Made by a program: the position numbers and the translations under genes. Shown piece by piece: positions 46,739 through 55,864 of a stretch of 63,833 nucleotides of DNA (positions within the stretch are counted from its first letter, which is position 1; each line of letters opens with the position of its first letter). The DNA comes from Candidatus Pacearchaeota archaeon (GTDB lineage Archaea > Nanobdellota > Nanobdellia > Pacearchaeales > GW2011-AR1): NCBI GenBank assembly GCA_018303995.1, contig JAGVXB010000012.1, positions 1 to 63,833 of the forward strand. The letters are read 5' to 3'. Below the pieces are notes generated by a model. The model searched no databases. It was not told the origin of the DNA and saw nothing but the letters and a program-made list of their open reading frames with translations.

Positions 46739-49264
46739 ATGAGCAAAAGAGCAATATTCTTCACATTAATTATTATCATTCTATCTCAATTAACATTATT
46801 CTCATCCGCACAATTACAAACTCAATCCAGTCAATCAAGACAGCTTACAAACCAAGGCTCAAACTTTGAAACAATCTGTCAAGGAAATGAATGCGCAACA
46901 ACAATTTATTCTTATGATAAATATTTCAATAGAAATGGAGCATGGGAAGAAATAGATGAAAGCTGGCATACTTGTGCAGAAGGTTTCTGCACAAACCCCT
47001 ATCACTTTAATGCAACTGTAAATAATGAAGGATTAGTAACTCTTAATTTAGGAAATAGAGATTTTACACAAAGAGCCTCTTCATTTAATCAAATTAATCT
47101 AACAATGCAGTCTCCAACAATAGAAGGCAGCATATTAACATATCAAAACATCCTGCCAAACATAGACTTAAAGTATCAATATCTGCCCCACAAATTAAAA
47201 GAAGAAATAATAATTAACGGACCTTTGCAAAATATTCCTCAAGAAGATTTTGAGGTAACATTCCATACTTCAGGCAATGCAAACTTCAATCTTGAATATC
47301 CATTCATCTGTGACAGCAATAGAAAATGCAAACCCATAAACTACACATTAACTAACAATCAAGTAACTTTAATAATTCCAAACAGATTTTTAATTAATGA
47401 AACTACAGTCTATCCAGTAATAATAGATCCAAGTTTCTATCTTGGGAACTCATCAATTATTTGGAATGGTCGTGTAGAAGAAAGAAATTGGAATGGTCTC
47501 TGGAGGGATGGGTACTGCCAGAGCAGATATTGATTGGAATCTTGATAGAGTACCAAATTTAGGGCAAATCAACAATGCTACTCTTTACCTATACTTAGAA
47601 ACATTCACAGGACCAAATTTTCTAAATATTACACATATTGAAAAAAATAGTAGCCAGTGGTCAGATAATGATGCAGGAAATGAACAATTCTTTTATGATA
47701 TGCGTAATGGTAGCATATATTATAGTATATACTCTCTAGTAGGTGGGGGAGGTTTCCCATTGCCAATGTCTTTGAATCAGCAAGGTATGGCTGATATTAA
47801 CACCGCTCTCGCAACAGATAAGAGATTTAGCATTGGCAGCATACTAAAGAAGATTACAATCTCACATACGATGCAAACGGCAACATGATAAGTGGCTTTG
47901 GCAAGTATATGGAATATGATGGTTGGAACAGACTATCAAAAATAAGAAGCACAAATGCTACAGGAAGTGTATTAGCAGAATACTTCTATGACCATGAAGG
48001 AAAGCGCGTTCTAAAGAGAGCATATAATGTTACAGGCAACGGCCACAATGAAAGCACCTATTACCTGAACACAAGACCAGCAGACTTCATCCAAGTAATA
48101 AATACAAATGGGACAATAATTAATGAGACTTATATTTATCTGCAAGATAAGCTAATAGCAAAAATTGATACTGTTGGTCAAAGGTTCTTTTATCATCCAG
48201 ATCATCTGGGTAGTACTACACTAGTAACTAATGAAAGTGGATCTGTTGTAGAAGACTTGTTGTACTTGCCCTATGGAGATATTTTATCTGGAGATGAATT
48301 AAGTAGATTTACATATAATGGTCAAGAATCTGATAGAGAATCAGGATTTATGGATTATGGGGCAAGGCAATATGATGCAAGATTTTCAAGATTTATAGAA
48401 CCAGATCCTATTATTTCAGACCCATATAATCCTCAAGATTTGAATCGATACTCTTATACTAGAAATAATCCTTACAAGTATGTTGATCCTACAGGGAATA
48501 TAGTTAATGTGGCTACAGCTATTGCTGGAGCAGGTATTGGTGCTACAGTAAGCGCACTTTATTCTGCAGCTAGTCAGTATCATTCTTCTGGTTCAGTTAA
48601 TTTTGGAGAAGTTGGTAAAAATGCAGTTGTAGGAGCAATTGCTGGAGGAATAGGAGGTTTAACTTTCGGTCTTGGTACGGCAGCTATAAGCGTAGGGGGT
48701 TTCGCAGAGTTATCTGCTGGTCAAGCCGTAGGATTGGGAGCAATTTCTGGAATAACCTCAGGTAGATCCGCACAGTTGACCTCAAATATATTGTCTGGCA
48801 ACTCTTTGAGCCAAAATGTCTTGGATCCAGATGCGATAGTTAGGGATGGTATTATTGGAGGAGTTACTGGAGGATTAGTAAAGGGGTTAACAAATTCTTT
48901 ATCAAAAACTATTAGCCTTCAAGGTAATTATCCTTCGTCTTATAAATCTCAGATTCAATCTGCAAATAAATTTTTTGCAGAACAAGCGCCCGAATATTCA
49001 TTCAATGAACATTCCTTGAATAGTGTTTTAGGAAGAATACAACAAGGTAGGATTTCTTCACAAGAGGCTGTTGTAGACGCTTTGAAGAACGGTCAGAAAT
49101 ACTATGATCCCTCCTATAATAACTATGTCTTCATCAAGAACAATGTAAAAGTGCATGTAGATACTAGAACAAACTCTGTGAGAACAGTGACTGATGGGGG
49201 TCCAAAGGAATTTTATACTCCGGTCAGTTCTGGTTCTTCGTCATCTTCTGGAGGAGGAAGTTAA
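46739..49264 (+). pseudogene. disrupted secreted Rhs/YD-family polymorphic toxin (three frames)
   Basis: Three consecutive ORFs lie in three frames (46739-47533, 47493-47888, 47885-49264). The N-terminus carries a signal/anchor (MSKRAIFFTLIIIILSQL). The middle has ARADIDWNL...INNATLYLY. The third frame is already open from 47831 and reads DYNLTYDANGNMISG (a YD repeat) upstream of its ATG. It then gives FYHPDHLGST and an Rhs core ending ..NPYKYVDPTG, followed by a Gly-rich region and a C-terminal toxin domain. Confidence 0.5.
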
Positions 49265-49555
49265 ATGAAATACTCAAAAAAACTACTATTTTTCTTAGAG
49301 TCTTTTGTTTCTGGTAAAATAAATGCTCTTGTTTTTTCGAAAGATTATGACTTATTCTTTGGCAGTAATAAATCGAACATAAAAAAGGAGGTTTCTAACG
49401 AATCTTTTGAGATATTTGATGATATTTCGATAGATATAGCTTATTTTGAACCTAATCCCAAATTAAGATCTGAATATGAGGGGTACTTGGATGAGCCCAA
49501 GTTATTATTCAAGGTTAAGAATCATTATTCTAAATTAAAAGGGATGTTAAAATGA
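49265..49555 (+). CDS. putative immunity protein for the preceding Rhs C-terminal toxin
   Basis: Begins 1 nt after the toxin stop. 96 aa, acidic. The FxxxFVSGKIxxxxF....FEP pattern resembles colicin-type immunity proteins, by recall only. Confidence 0.5.
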   Translation: MKYSKKLLFFLESFVSGKINALVFSKDYDLFFGSNKSNIKKEVSNESFEIFDDISIDIAYFEPNPKLRSEYEGYLDEPKLLFKVKNHYSKLKGMLK

Positions 49556-49728
49556 AAGAGGGGACAAAAAATAATCTGATCGTATTGGTTCCTTTGGTCG
49601 TTCTATTGGTTTTGGTGGGATCAATTACAAATTATAATCTTATTGCTACAGCTGTTGCTGGAGCCATCGGAGGATTAATTGGAAGAGGAATTTTAGCTTT
49701 AAAAAATAAAAAGAGGACTAATGTATAA
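49552..49728 (+). CDS. 58-aa membrane protein with glycine-zipper helix (not in ORF track)
   Basis: Hand translation: MKEGTKNNLIVLVPLVVLLVLVGSITNYNLIATAVAGAIGGLIGRGILALKNKKRTNV*. ATGA overlap with the upstream ORF and an 8-nt overlap with the downstream ORF. Confidence 0.45.
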   Translation: MKEGTKNNLIVLVPLVVLLVLVGSITNYNLIATAVAGAIGGLIGRGILALKNKKRTNV

Positions 49729-52700
49729 TAAATCTTTTAGGTTAATTATATTATTTATATCTATATTCTTAATTGGTTTTGTAAATGCAGCAGAGCCACT
49801 TCCTGAAAGAGGTCTTTCAGATACTTTTTATCTTAAAGAGCAATTGGGTACAGACCTAGACTCAAAACCTAACTTGTTTACAGGAGAGTTTGTGCAGTCT
49901 TATAAGATGATGGTCCCTTCAGGAACTAAGGGTCTTTCTCCAAGTATTGCAGTAACTTATAGCAGTCACAGGATTTATGATTCTACTCCTAGTATTTTGG
50001 GCAGAGGATGGGATATATCAGAAAACTCTATTGAGAGAGATACAAATTATAGTATGTACAATGTTTCGGATGACCAGTTTATTCTTAATTTAAATGGAAA
50101 TGCTTATAAGTTGAGCTATAGTTCTGTTGACCAAAGGTATCATACTAGTGTAGAAAATTTCCTTTACATAACCAATTCTAGTGCTGGAAATAATACAAAT
50201 AATGTTTATTGGACCATAATTACTAAAGATGGTACTCGTTATAGGTTTGGTTATAATAACGATTCGGAAGAGGTTGCAAATCTTTATAGATATACTTACA
50301 AATGGAATTTGGATTTAGTGAAAGATGTTTATGACAATAACATATTTTATTCCTATAAGAAAAATAATACTAACAATTTTGGTGTTACGCTCTTAGATTC
50401 TATTGAATACAACAATGATCGAACTAGAAGAGTTAAATTTATTTATGAAGAATCAAATATGCCCGATACAGCATATTTCGTGACGGATGGCAATCTTATT
50501 AGGCTGAGCAAAAGGTTAAGAGCGGTTAATATTACAGTTGATGATTCTGTTGTAAGAGTTTATGAACTCAATTATTTTAAGAATACAAGCTCCAGCTTAT
50601 TAGCTAATATTACTGAATATGGGTCTGATAGTATTTCAAAACTTCCTTCTAACAAATTTAATTATTATCCTGAAGGCACTGGTTTAAAGAATGCAACTGG
50701 TTGGTCATTTCCCCCAAATCAAAGTTTCCAGTGGGGGCATATAAATGGAGGAATACCTCAAGGTCTTAGAGTTGGAGATTTGAATAGGGATGGTTTGACT
50801 GATCTAGTTATATCTCAATGTAGCTACAGCCACGATACTGGAAATTGTACAAGTATTAGTGTTGAAAGAAAAGTATTTATTAACAATAGAACTGGTTGGT
50901 ATGAGAACAATAACTGGACTTTGCCTGAAACTGCACCATTTGCTGATGTACCTATCTATGAACCAACTGGAACTCAACTTGAAGACATAAATGGGGATGG
51001 GTTTACAGATATATTACAGATGTATGCAAATCCTAATTCTTATCCTCCTCATGATATTAGAGTACAAAGATTATGGTTAAATAATGGAACTGCTTTCGTG
51101 GATTCTAGTTCTAATTGGACATTTCCACAGAATGAGTGGTTCTATTCTACTAATGTTACGCAAGAGACAGGTCTTCGTCTTATAGATTTAAATGGAGATG
51201 GCTTATTAGATTTGGCCAAAAGTAGATGTCTTTATACATCTACTGAATATTGCTATATAAATTTCTATAACTGGACTTTTGAACAGAAGGTTTGGATCAA
51301 TAATGGGACTGGTTGGACCAATAAGACTAATTGGAAATTGCCTTCAGGAATCGCTTTTATTACAGGAGATGGGGTCGAGCAACAGGATACTGGCGTTAGA
51401 TTTGCAGATGTAAATGGAGACCTTCTTACAGACATAATCGCTATGTATGGTTTTACTCCTGTGTTTCCTGGAACCCCTACCCTAGTTCAACAACTTTGGA
51501 TCAATAATGGGAGTGGATTTATCAATCAAACTGGAAATTGGACCTTCCCGTATAAAGAGTACTTTACTGTTGGAGGAGATAGCATCGAGAATGGGGTACA
51601 GATTATGGATATAAATGGAGATGGGCGTGCAGATATAGTTAAAAGTGCTTGTACTGGTGTAAGTATCTATGATTGCCATATTACTCCTGGAGCCAATAAA
51701 CAAGATGTCTGGATTAATAATGGTGAAGGATGGTTCAATGGGACTAATTGGCGTATTCCTTCTAGTATACCTTTTATAGAGTATGGCACGCCTGGTTATG
51801 TTAATCCTCATGATATGGGGACTAGATTTGCAGATTTGAATGGAGATGGATCTATAGATATATTGCGTATGTATAAATCAAATACTGGGTCTCCACAAAA
51901 TTACCAACTGCGTGAAGCTTGGTTAAACAATGGAAGCATGTTTTTATTGATGAAAAATTCTACGAATCAGTTCGGTGGAAGTATTTTAACAGATTATCAG
52001 CCTTCTACAATGTTAAGCAATATAGGAGATGACAATAAGTCAGATATGGGATTCAACCTGATGGTTTTGTCCAATATTACAGAAGATAATGGTCTATCTA
52101 CTTCTCAAAGAACCCAAGTAATAAGAAAATTCAATTATTCTAATGGACTGTATGAATATGCAAGTAAAGAATTTCGTGGTTTTGCAAATGTTGAAGAGCG
52201 GTTGGATAACAAAAAAATAGTTCATTCATTTTTACAAGATGAATCTCGTCAAGGAAGAGAGTATAAATTGCAAATTTTTGATAATCAGAGCAACATCTAT
52301 CTTTCAAAGGAATTAAATTGGAACAGTACAAATTTATATGGGTATTTTATAGTTAATTTAATCGAAGAGTCTGAGAAAACTCATGATGGTGTTACTTCTA
52401 ATCCTAAAATAAGGAATATGACTTATAATTACGATTCATTCGGAAATATTTTTGTTACCCATGATTTAGGGGACGTTGACAATGCAAACGATGATAAATA
52501 TGAAAAGAAAATTTATGCTACAAATTCGACAAATTGGATAGTTAATAAAATCTCAAATTATACAATATTAGGCTCAGATGATTTAATAGTCTTGAAAACA
52601 AGCCTTTATACTTATGACGATCTTCCTTTTGGATCTGCTCCAGCAAAGGGAAGCATTACAAAGAAAGAAGATTTTATAAGTAATAATTTGATTAAAGCAA

Positions 52701-54322
52701 CGAACTACTCGTATAATTCTTTTGGGAATTTAGTAAATGAGACGGACTCTAATGGTAACAAGTTAACTTATATTCACGGGCTTAGAGATGCAACAAACAC
52801 GTTTATTGATAGAATACTAAATGCAAAGAACCATCAATCTGACTACTATTATGAAAAAGGAACTGGAAATGTGTTATCTGAAATAGATTCTAACGGAATT
52901 GCTACAAATTATACTTATGATCAATTTGGTAGAAAGACAAAAGAAATAAGACCTTACGATTCGTTAAATTACCCCTCTATCGAAGTAAATTATTCACTAG
53001 ATGGGGTTGCCCCTGAAGTCATATTTATTAAATTAAGGAGTGTTGTAGGCGCTTCGGATACTCTTGAGACTTATGAAATAATAGATGGATTTGGTAAACC
53101 AATTCAAGTTAAAAGGGAAACTTTACTAGGTCAACAAATTATCACAAATACTTTCTATGATCTGTCTGGTAAAATAGCTGCCCAAAGCAATCCTTATTAT
53201 TCAGTATCAAGTGCAGAATATTCATCTCCAAATGCTAGTATTGCCTTGACAAACTATACGTATGATTCTCTGGATAGACTTGTAAAAATTATTAATCCCG
53301 ATAAAACATTTAAGAAAATGAATTATACTCATTGGAATTTAACTATATATGATGAAAATGGAAATAGGAAGGATAATTTGCTAGATGCTTATAAAAGAAT
53401 ATCTTTTGTCGTAGAGTACTTGAATGGCTCAAATTATATTACTTCTTACAACTATGATGCTGTAAATGACCTGCTTTCTATTAAAGACTCTTTTAATAAT
53501 ACTTTTAATTATACTTATGACTTAACTGGAAAGAAAACTAAGGAAAATGATCCAGACAGAGGATCTTGGAATTATACCTATGATAATGAAGGAAATCTTA
53601 TTAGACGAACAGATAATAGGAATGTGTTTACCGTTTATTCCTATGACTCTCTGAATAGGAAGGTTAATGAGACAAATAATGTAACAACTTTAAGATACTC
53701 TTATGATAATTATCTTAATCTGACTCTATCTGGTGTAGATGCTAATGGAACTTTAATTAATTATAGTTACGATAATCGCTTACGCAAAATAAAGGAAGAC
53801 AGAAATATTTTTGGTAAATTTTATTCTGAAAATTGGTCGCACGATTCCTCTGACAGAGTCATTTTGCAAATTATGCCTGATGGTAGATTGATAAACTTTA
53901 CTTATGATGAGCAAGGACTTTTATCAGGTATTTCAACAATATCTAATATCAGTTACAATGAAAAGAATAATCCTGTAATGATAAATTATGCAAATGGTCT
54001 CTTAACAAACTATTCTTACAACTCGTCTAATCTAAGACTTTTAGAGATAAAGACTTCAAACAAACAAGATTTAGACTATCAATATGATGCTGTTGGAAAT
54101 GTTATGTCTATCCAAGATGGCATACACAACATTAATTATTCTATGTCTTATGATCCTCTTAATAGGTTAACAAGCACTAATATTATGGGCCCATTTATAG
54201 TAGGGTTTAACTTTATATATGATCAGCTTGGAAACCTAAGAAACGTAACTGGAGACTATGCAACAGATTATTATTATCAAGATACAAGACCTCATGCGAC
54301 AAGCAGAGTTGTATTTTACTGA
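49721..54322 (+). CDS. TcB-like secreted protein: SpvB-like N-domain, FG-GAP/VCBS beta-propeller, and RHS/YD repeats (1533 aa)
   Basis: Signal peptide. LFTGEF..SYKMMVPSGTKGLSPSIAVTYSS...GRGWDI (SpvB-type). Six D(L/I/V)NGDG..D repeats. Many YD repeats (YxYDxxGN). Ends inside the YD repeats with no DPxG core or toxin. Confidence 0.75.
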   Translation: MYNKSFRLIILFISIFLIGFVNAAEPLPERGLSDTFYLKEQLGTDLDSKPNLFTGEFVQSYKMMVPSGTKGLSPSIAVTYSSHRIYDSTPSILGRGWDISENSIERDTNYSMYNVSDDQFILNLNGNAYKLSYSSVDQRYHTSVENFLYITNSSAGNNTNNVYWTIITKDGTRYRFGYNNDSEEVANLYRYTYKWNLDLVKDVYDNNIFYSYKKNNTNNFGVTLLDSIEYNNDRTRRVKFIYEESNMPDTAYFVTDGNLIRLSKRLRAVNITVDDSVVRVYELNYFKNTSSSLLANITEYGSDSISKLPSNKFNYYPEGTGLKNATGWSFPPNQSFQWGHINGGIPQGLRVGDLNRDGLTDLVISQCSYSHDTGNCTSISVERKVFINNRTGWYENNNWTLPETAPFADVPIYEPTGTQLEDINGDGFTDILQMYANPNSYPPHDIRVQRLWLNNGTAFVDSSSNWTFPQNEWFYSTNVTQETGLRLIDLNGDGLLDLAKSRCLYTSTEYCYINFYNWTFEQKVWINNGTGWTNKTNWKLPSGIAFITGDGVEQQDTGVRFADVNGDLLTDIIAMYGFTPVFPGTPTLVQQLWINNGSGFINQTGNWTFPYKEYFTVGGDSIENGVQIMDINGDGRADIVKSACTGVSIYDCHITPGANKQDVWINNGEGWFNGTNWRIPSSIPFIEYGTPGYVNPHDMGTRFADLNGDGSIDILRMYKSNTGSPQNYQLREAWLNNGSMFLLMKNSTNQFGGSILTDYQPSTMLSNIGDDNKSDMGFNLMVLSNITEDNGLSTSQRTQVIRKFNYSNGLYEYASKEFRGFANVEERLDNKKIVHSFLQDESRQGREYKLQIFDNQSNIYLSKELNWNSTNLYGYFIVNLIEESEKTHDGVTSNPKIRNMTYNYDSFGNIFVTHDLGDVDNANDDKYEKKIYATNSTNWIVNKISNYTILGSDDLIVLKTSLYTYDDLPFGSAPAKGSITKKEDFISNNLIKATNYSYNSFGNLVNETDSNGNKLTYIHGLRDATNTFIDRILNAKNHQSDYYYEKGTGNVLSEIDSNGIATNYTYDQFGRKTKEIRPYDSLNYPSIEVNYSLDGVAPEVIFIKLRSVVGASDTLETYEIIDGFGKPIQVKRETLLGQQIITNTFYDLSGKIAAQSNPYYSVSSAEYSSPNASIALTNYTYDSLDRLVKIINPDKTFKKMNYTHWNLTIYDENGNRKDNLLDAYKRISFVVEYLNGSNYITSYNYDAVNDLLSIKDSFNNTFNYTYDLTGKKTKENDPDRGSWNYTYDNEGNLIRRTDNRNVFTVYSYDSLNRKVNETNNVTTLRYSYDNYLNLTLSGVDANGTLINYSYDNRLRKIKEDRNIFGKFYSENWSHDSSDRVILQIMPDGRLINFTYDEQGLLSGISTISNISYNEKNNPVMINYANGLLTNYSYNSSNLRLLEIKTSNKQDLDYQYDAVGNVMSIQDGIHNINYSMSYDPLNRLTSTNIMGPFIVGFNFIYDQLGNLRNVTGDYATDYYYQDTRPHATSRVVFY

Positions 54323-54384
54323 TAATGTCTATCATAAAAACAACAATTCCTTTTAATATAAAAACATTGTTTTTATTTATCCAC

Positions 54385-54476
54385 CCATCATCTTACGCAT
54401 AGTCGGATTCATGTCTAACGAATGTTGTTTCCATCATCTTACGCATAGTCGGATTCATGTCTAACGAATGTTGTTT
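54385..54476. repeat. perfect 46-bp tandem duplication (2 copies) at the 3' end of secY
   Basis: CCATCATCTTACGCATAGTCGGATTCATGTCTAACGAATGTTGTTT occurs at 54385-54430 and again at 54431-54476. Confidence 0.95.
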
Positions 54477-55811
54477 TGCAATATTCTGATACAACTGATA
54501 TAATATCATGACTGCAAGCAGTATAGACGTTCCAGATGTTAATGCTCCAAGAAGGTTTGCAACAGAAGCCAAAAGCCCTATAGCAAGCCCTCCCATAACA
54601 GTCAATGGAAATATATAACGACTTAAGACACTCTCAATTATTCTAGGATCTTTTCTAAATCCTGCCATCTGCAATCCAGAAGAAGCAATATTCTTTGCCT
54701 GTCCAGCAGGGTCCATTCCAGTAGTCTTAACCCAAAATATAGAAAATATCATCGCAAAAACGGCATAAAATAAAATGTGGAATATCGCCTGAAATATCTG
54801 CGAAGTCAATAAACTTCCAGTGATAGCTGCTTGCAATAAATTAGGAGAACCTATCCAGAAAGCCAATCCAGAAACAGGTTGTCCATTTTGGAAACCGCCA
54901 AGGAATGTCGGACGTCCAAGCCAAGTTTCAAACAAGCTTCCAAATAATTGCATATTCGCTGCCAAAGCAGCAACTAAAATAACTGGCAATACAGAAGCAT
55001 AAAAGAATTGCAATGGCCATTTAACTCCATAGCCTCTCAAACGATCGTAACTCAACGGAATCTCTACCTTAAGGCTCTGAGCCCAGACAACGCCCAGGAA
55101 TATGAGAACTGTAACTAAAATAACTGCAAACGCAAGCAACGCACTTGTAGGGTCTCCATTAATGATAGATTGTATAATTACTAATATCCTTCCAGAACAA
55201 GGAGTTTCTCCAAAATTAATCAAACAATTAGAACCATCTGCACCCACAAATTGAAACAATCCTATGAATAACTGTAAGGCGACTCCCGCAACAATAAACA
55301 AAGAAACCCCAGAACCAAATCCCCATTTAGCAACGACTTCGTCCATAAACATTATAGCTAAACCTCCAAGAATCAGCTGAAATATAACTACTGACTCAAA
55401 CCCTGGATTAGCTTCAAGACCTTTCATCAATACAAAAATACAAGCTTCAAAAACTATGAAGAACATAGTTCCTAATTTCTGAATTCCTTGAAACAATTTC
55501 TTTCCTTCTTCAGATTTAGTGTCTAAGCTTAATATTCCAGAACCAACAAGCAACTGCAAAATAATAGATGATGTAACTATAGGACCTATTCCTAAACTAA
55601 TTATCGCCCCAAAGTCTGTTCCTAAAATTGTAGATAAAAAATCAAATCTCTCAAGAGCGTTTCTACTCAAGCCGTATAACTTAATATTATACATTACAAA
55701 AAAGAAACCTAAAACAATAAGTGTCCACTTCAATTTCTGATTGAACGCAAGTTTCTTCTCAACAGGTTTCTTTACTTCAGGTAAATACTGAATCAATTCT
55801 TTAAGAGCCAT
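54393..55811 (-). CDS. secY: preprotein translocase subunit SecY
   Basis: 10-TM SecY/Sec61alpha layout (LGIGPIVTSSIILQLL, GFGSGVSLFI). Position downstream of the L15 operon. The C-terminal tail is altered by the 46-bp duplication. Confidence 0.9.
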   Translation of the reverse strand: MALKELIQYLPEVKKPVEKKLAFNQKLKWTLIVLGFFFVMYNIKLYGLSRNALERFDFLSTILGTDFGAIISLGIGPIVTSSIILQLLVGSGILSLDTKSEEGKKLFQGIQKLGTMFFIVFEACIFVLMKGLEANPGFESVVIFQLILGGLAIMFMDEVVAKWGFGSGVSLFIVAGVALQLFIGLFQFVGADGSNCLINFGETPCSGRILVIIQSIINGDPTSALLAFAVILVTVLIFLGVVWAQSLKVEIPLSYDRLRGYGVKWPLQFFYASVLPVILVAALAANMQLFGSLFETWLGRPTFLGGFQNGQPVSGLAFWIGSPNLLQAAITGSLLTSQIFQAIFHILFYAVFAMIFSIFWVKTTGMDPAGQAKNIASSGLQMAGFRKDPRIIESVLSRYIFPLTVMGGLAIGLLASVANLLGALTSGTSILLAVMILYQLYQNIAKQHSLDMNPTMRKMMETTFVRHESDYA

Positions 55812-55829
55812 GTATCATATCATAAAATC

Positions 55830-55844
55830 AAAGCTTTTTAAATA
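55830..55844 (+). promoter_or_regulatory. BRE/TATA-like motif AAAGCTTTTTAAATA 25 nt upstream of the ATG at 55865
   Basis: Sequence and spacing. The motif recurs. Confidence 0.45.
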
Positions 55845-55864
55845 TTGATAAGCTACCTATATTC

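Noticed and set aside
51482-52331. Minus-strand ORFs of 109 aa and 63 aa inside the TcB-like gene.
   Set aside because: They are antisense shadow ORFs with no independent start context or motifs.
54385-54476. Considered whether the 46-bp repeats are a mini CRISPR array or an att site.
   Set aside because: There are only two directly abutting copies with no spacer, and they lie inside a coding region. This is consistent with a simple tandem duplication, not a CRISPR array. No integrase is nearby.
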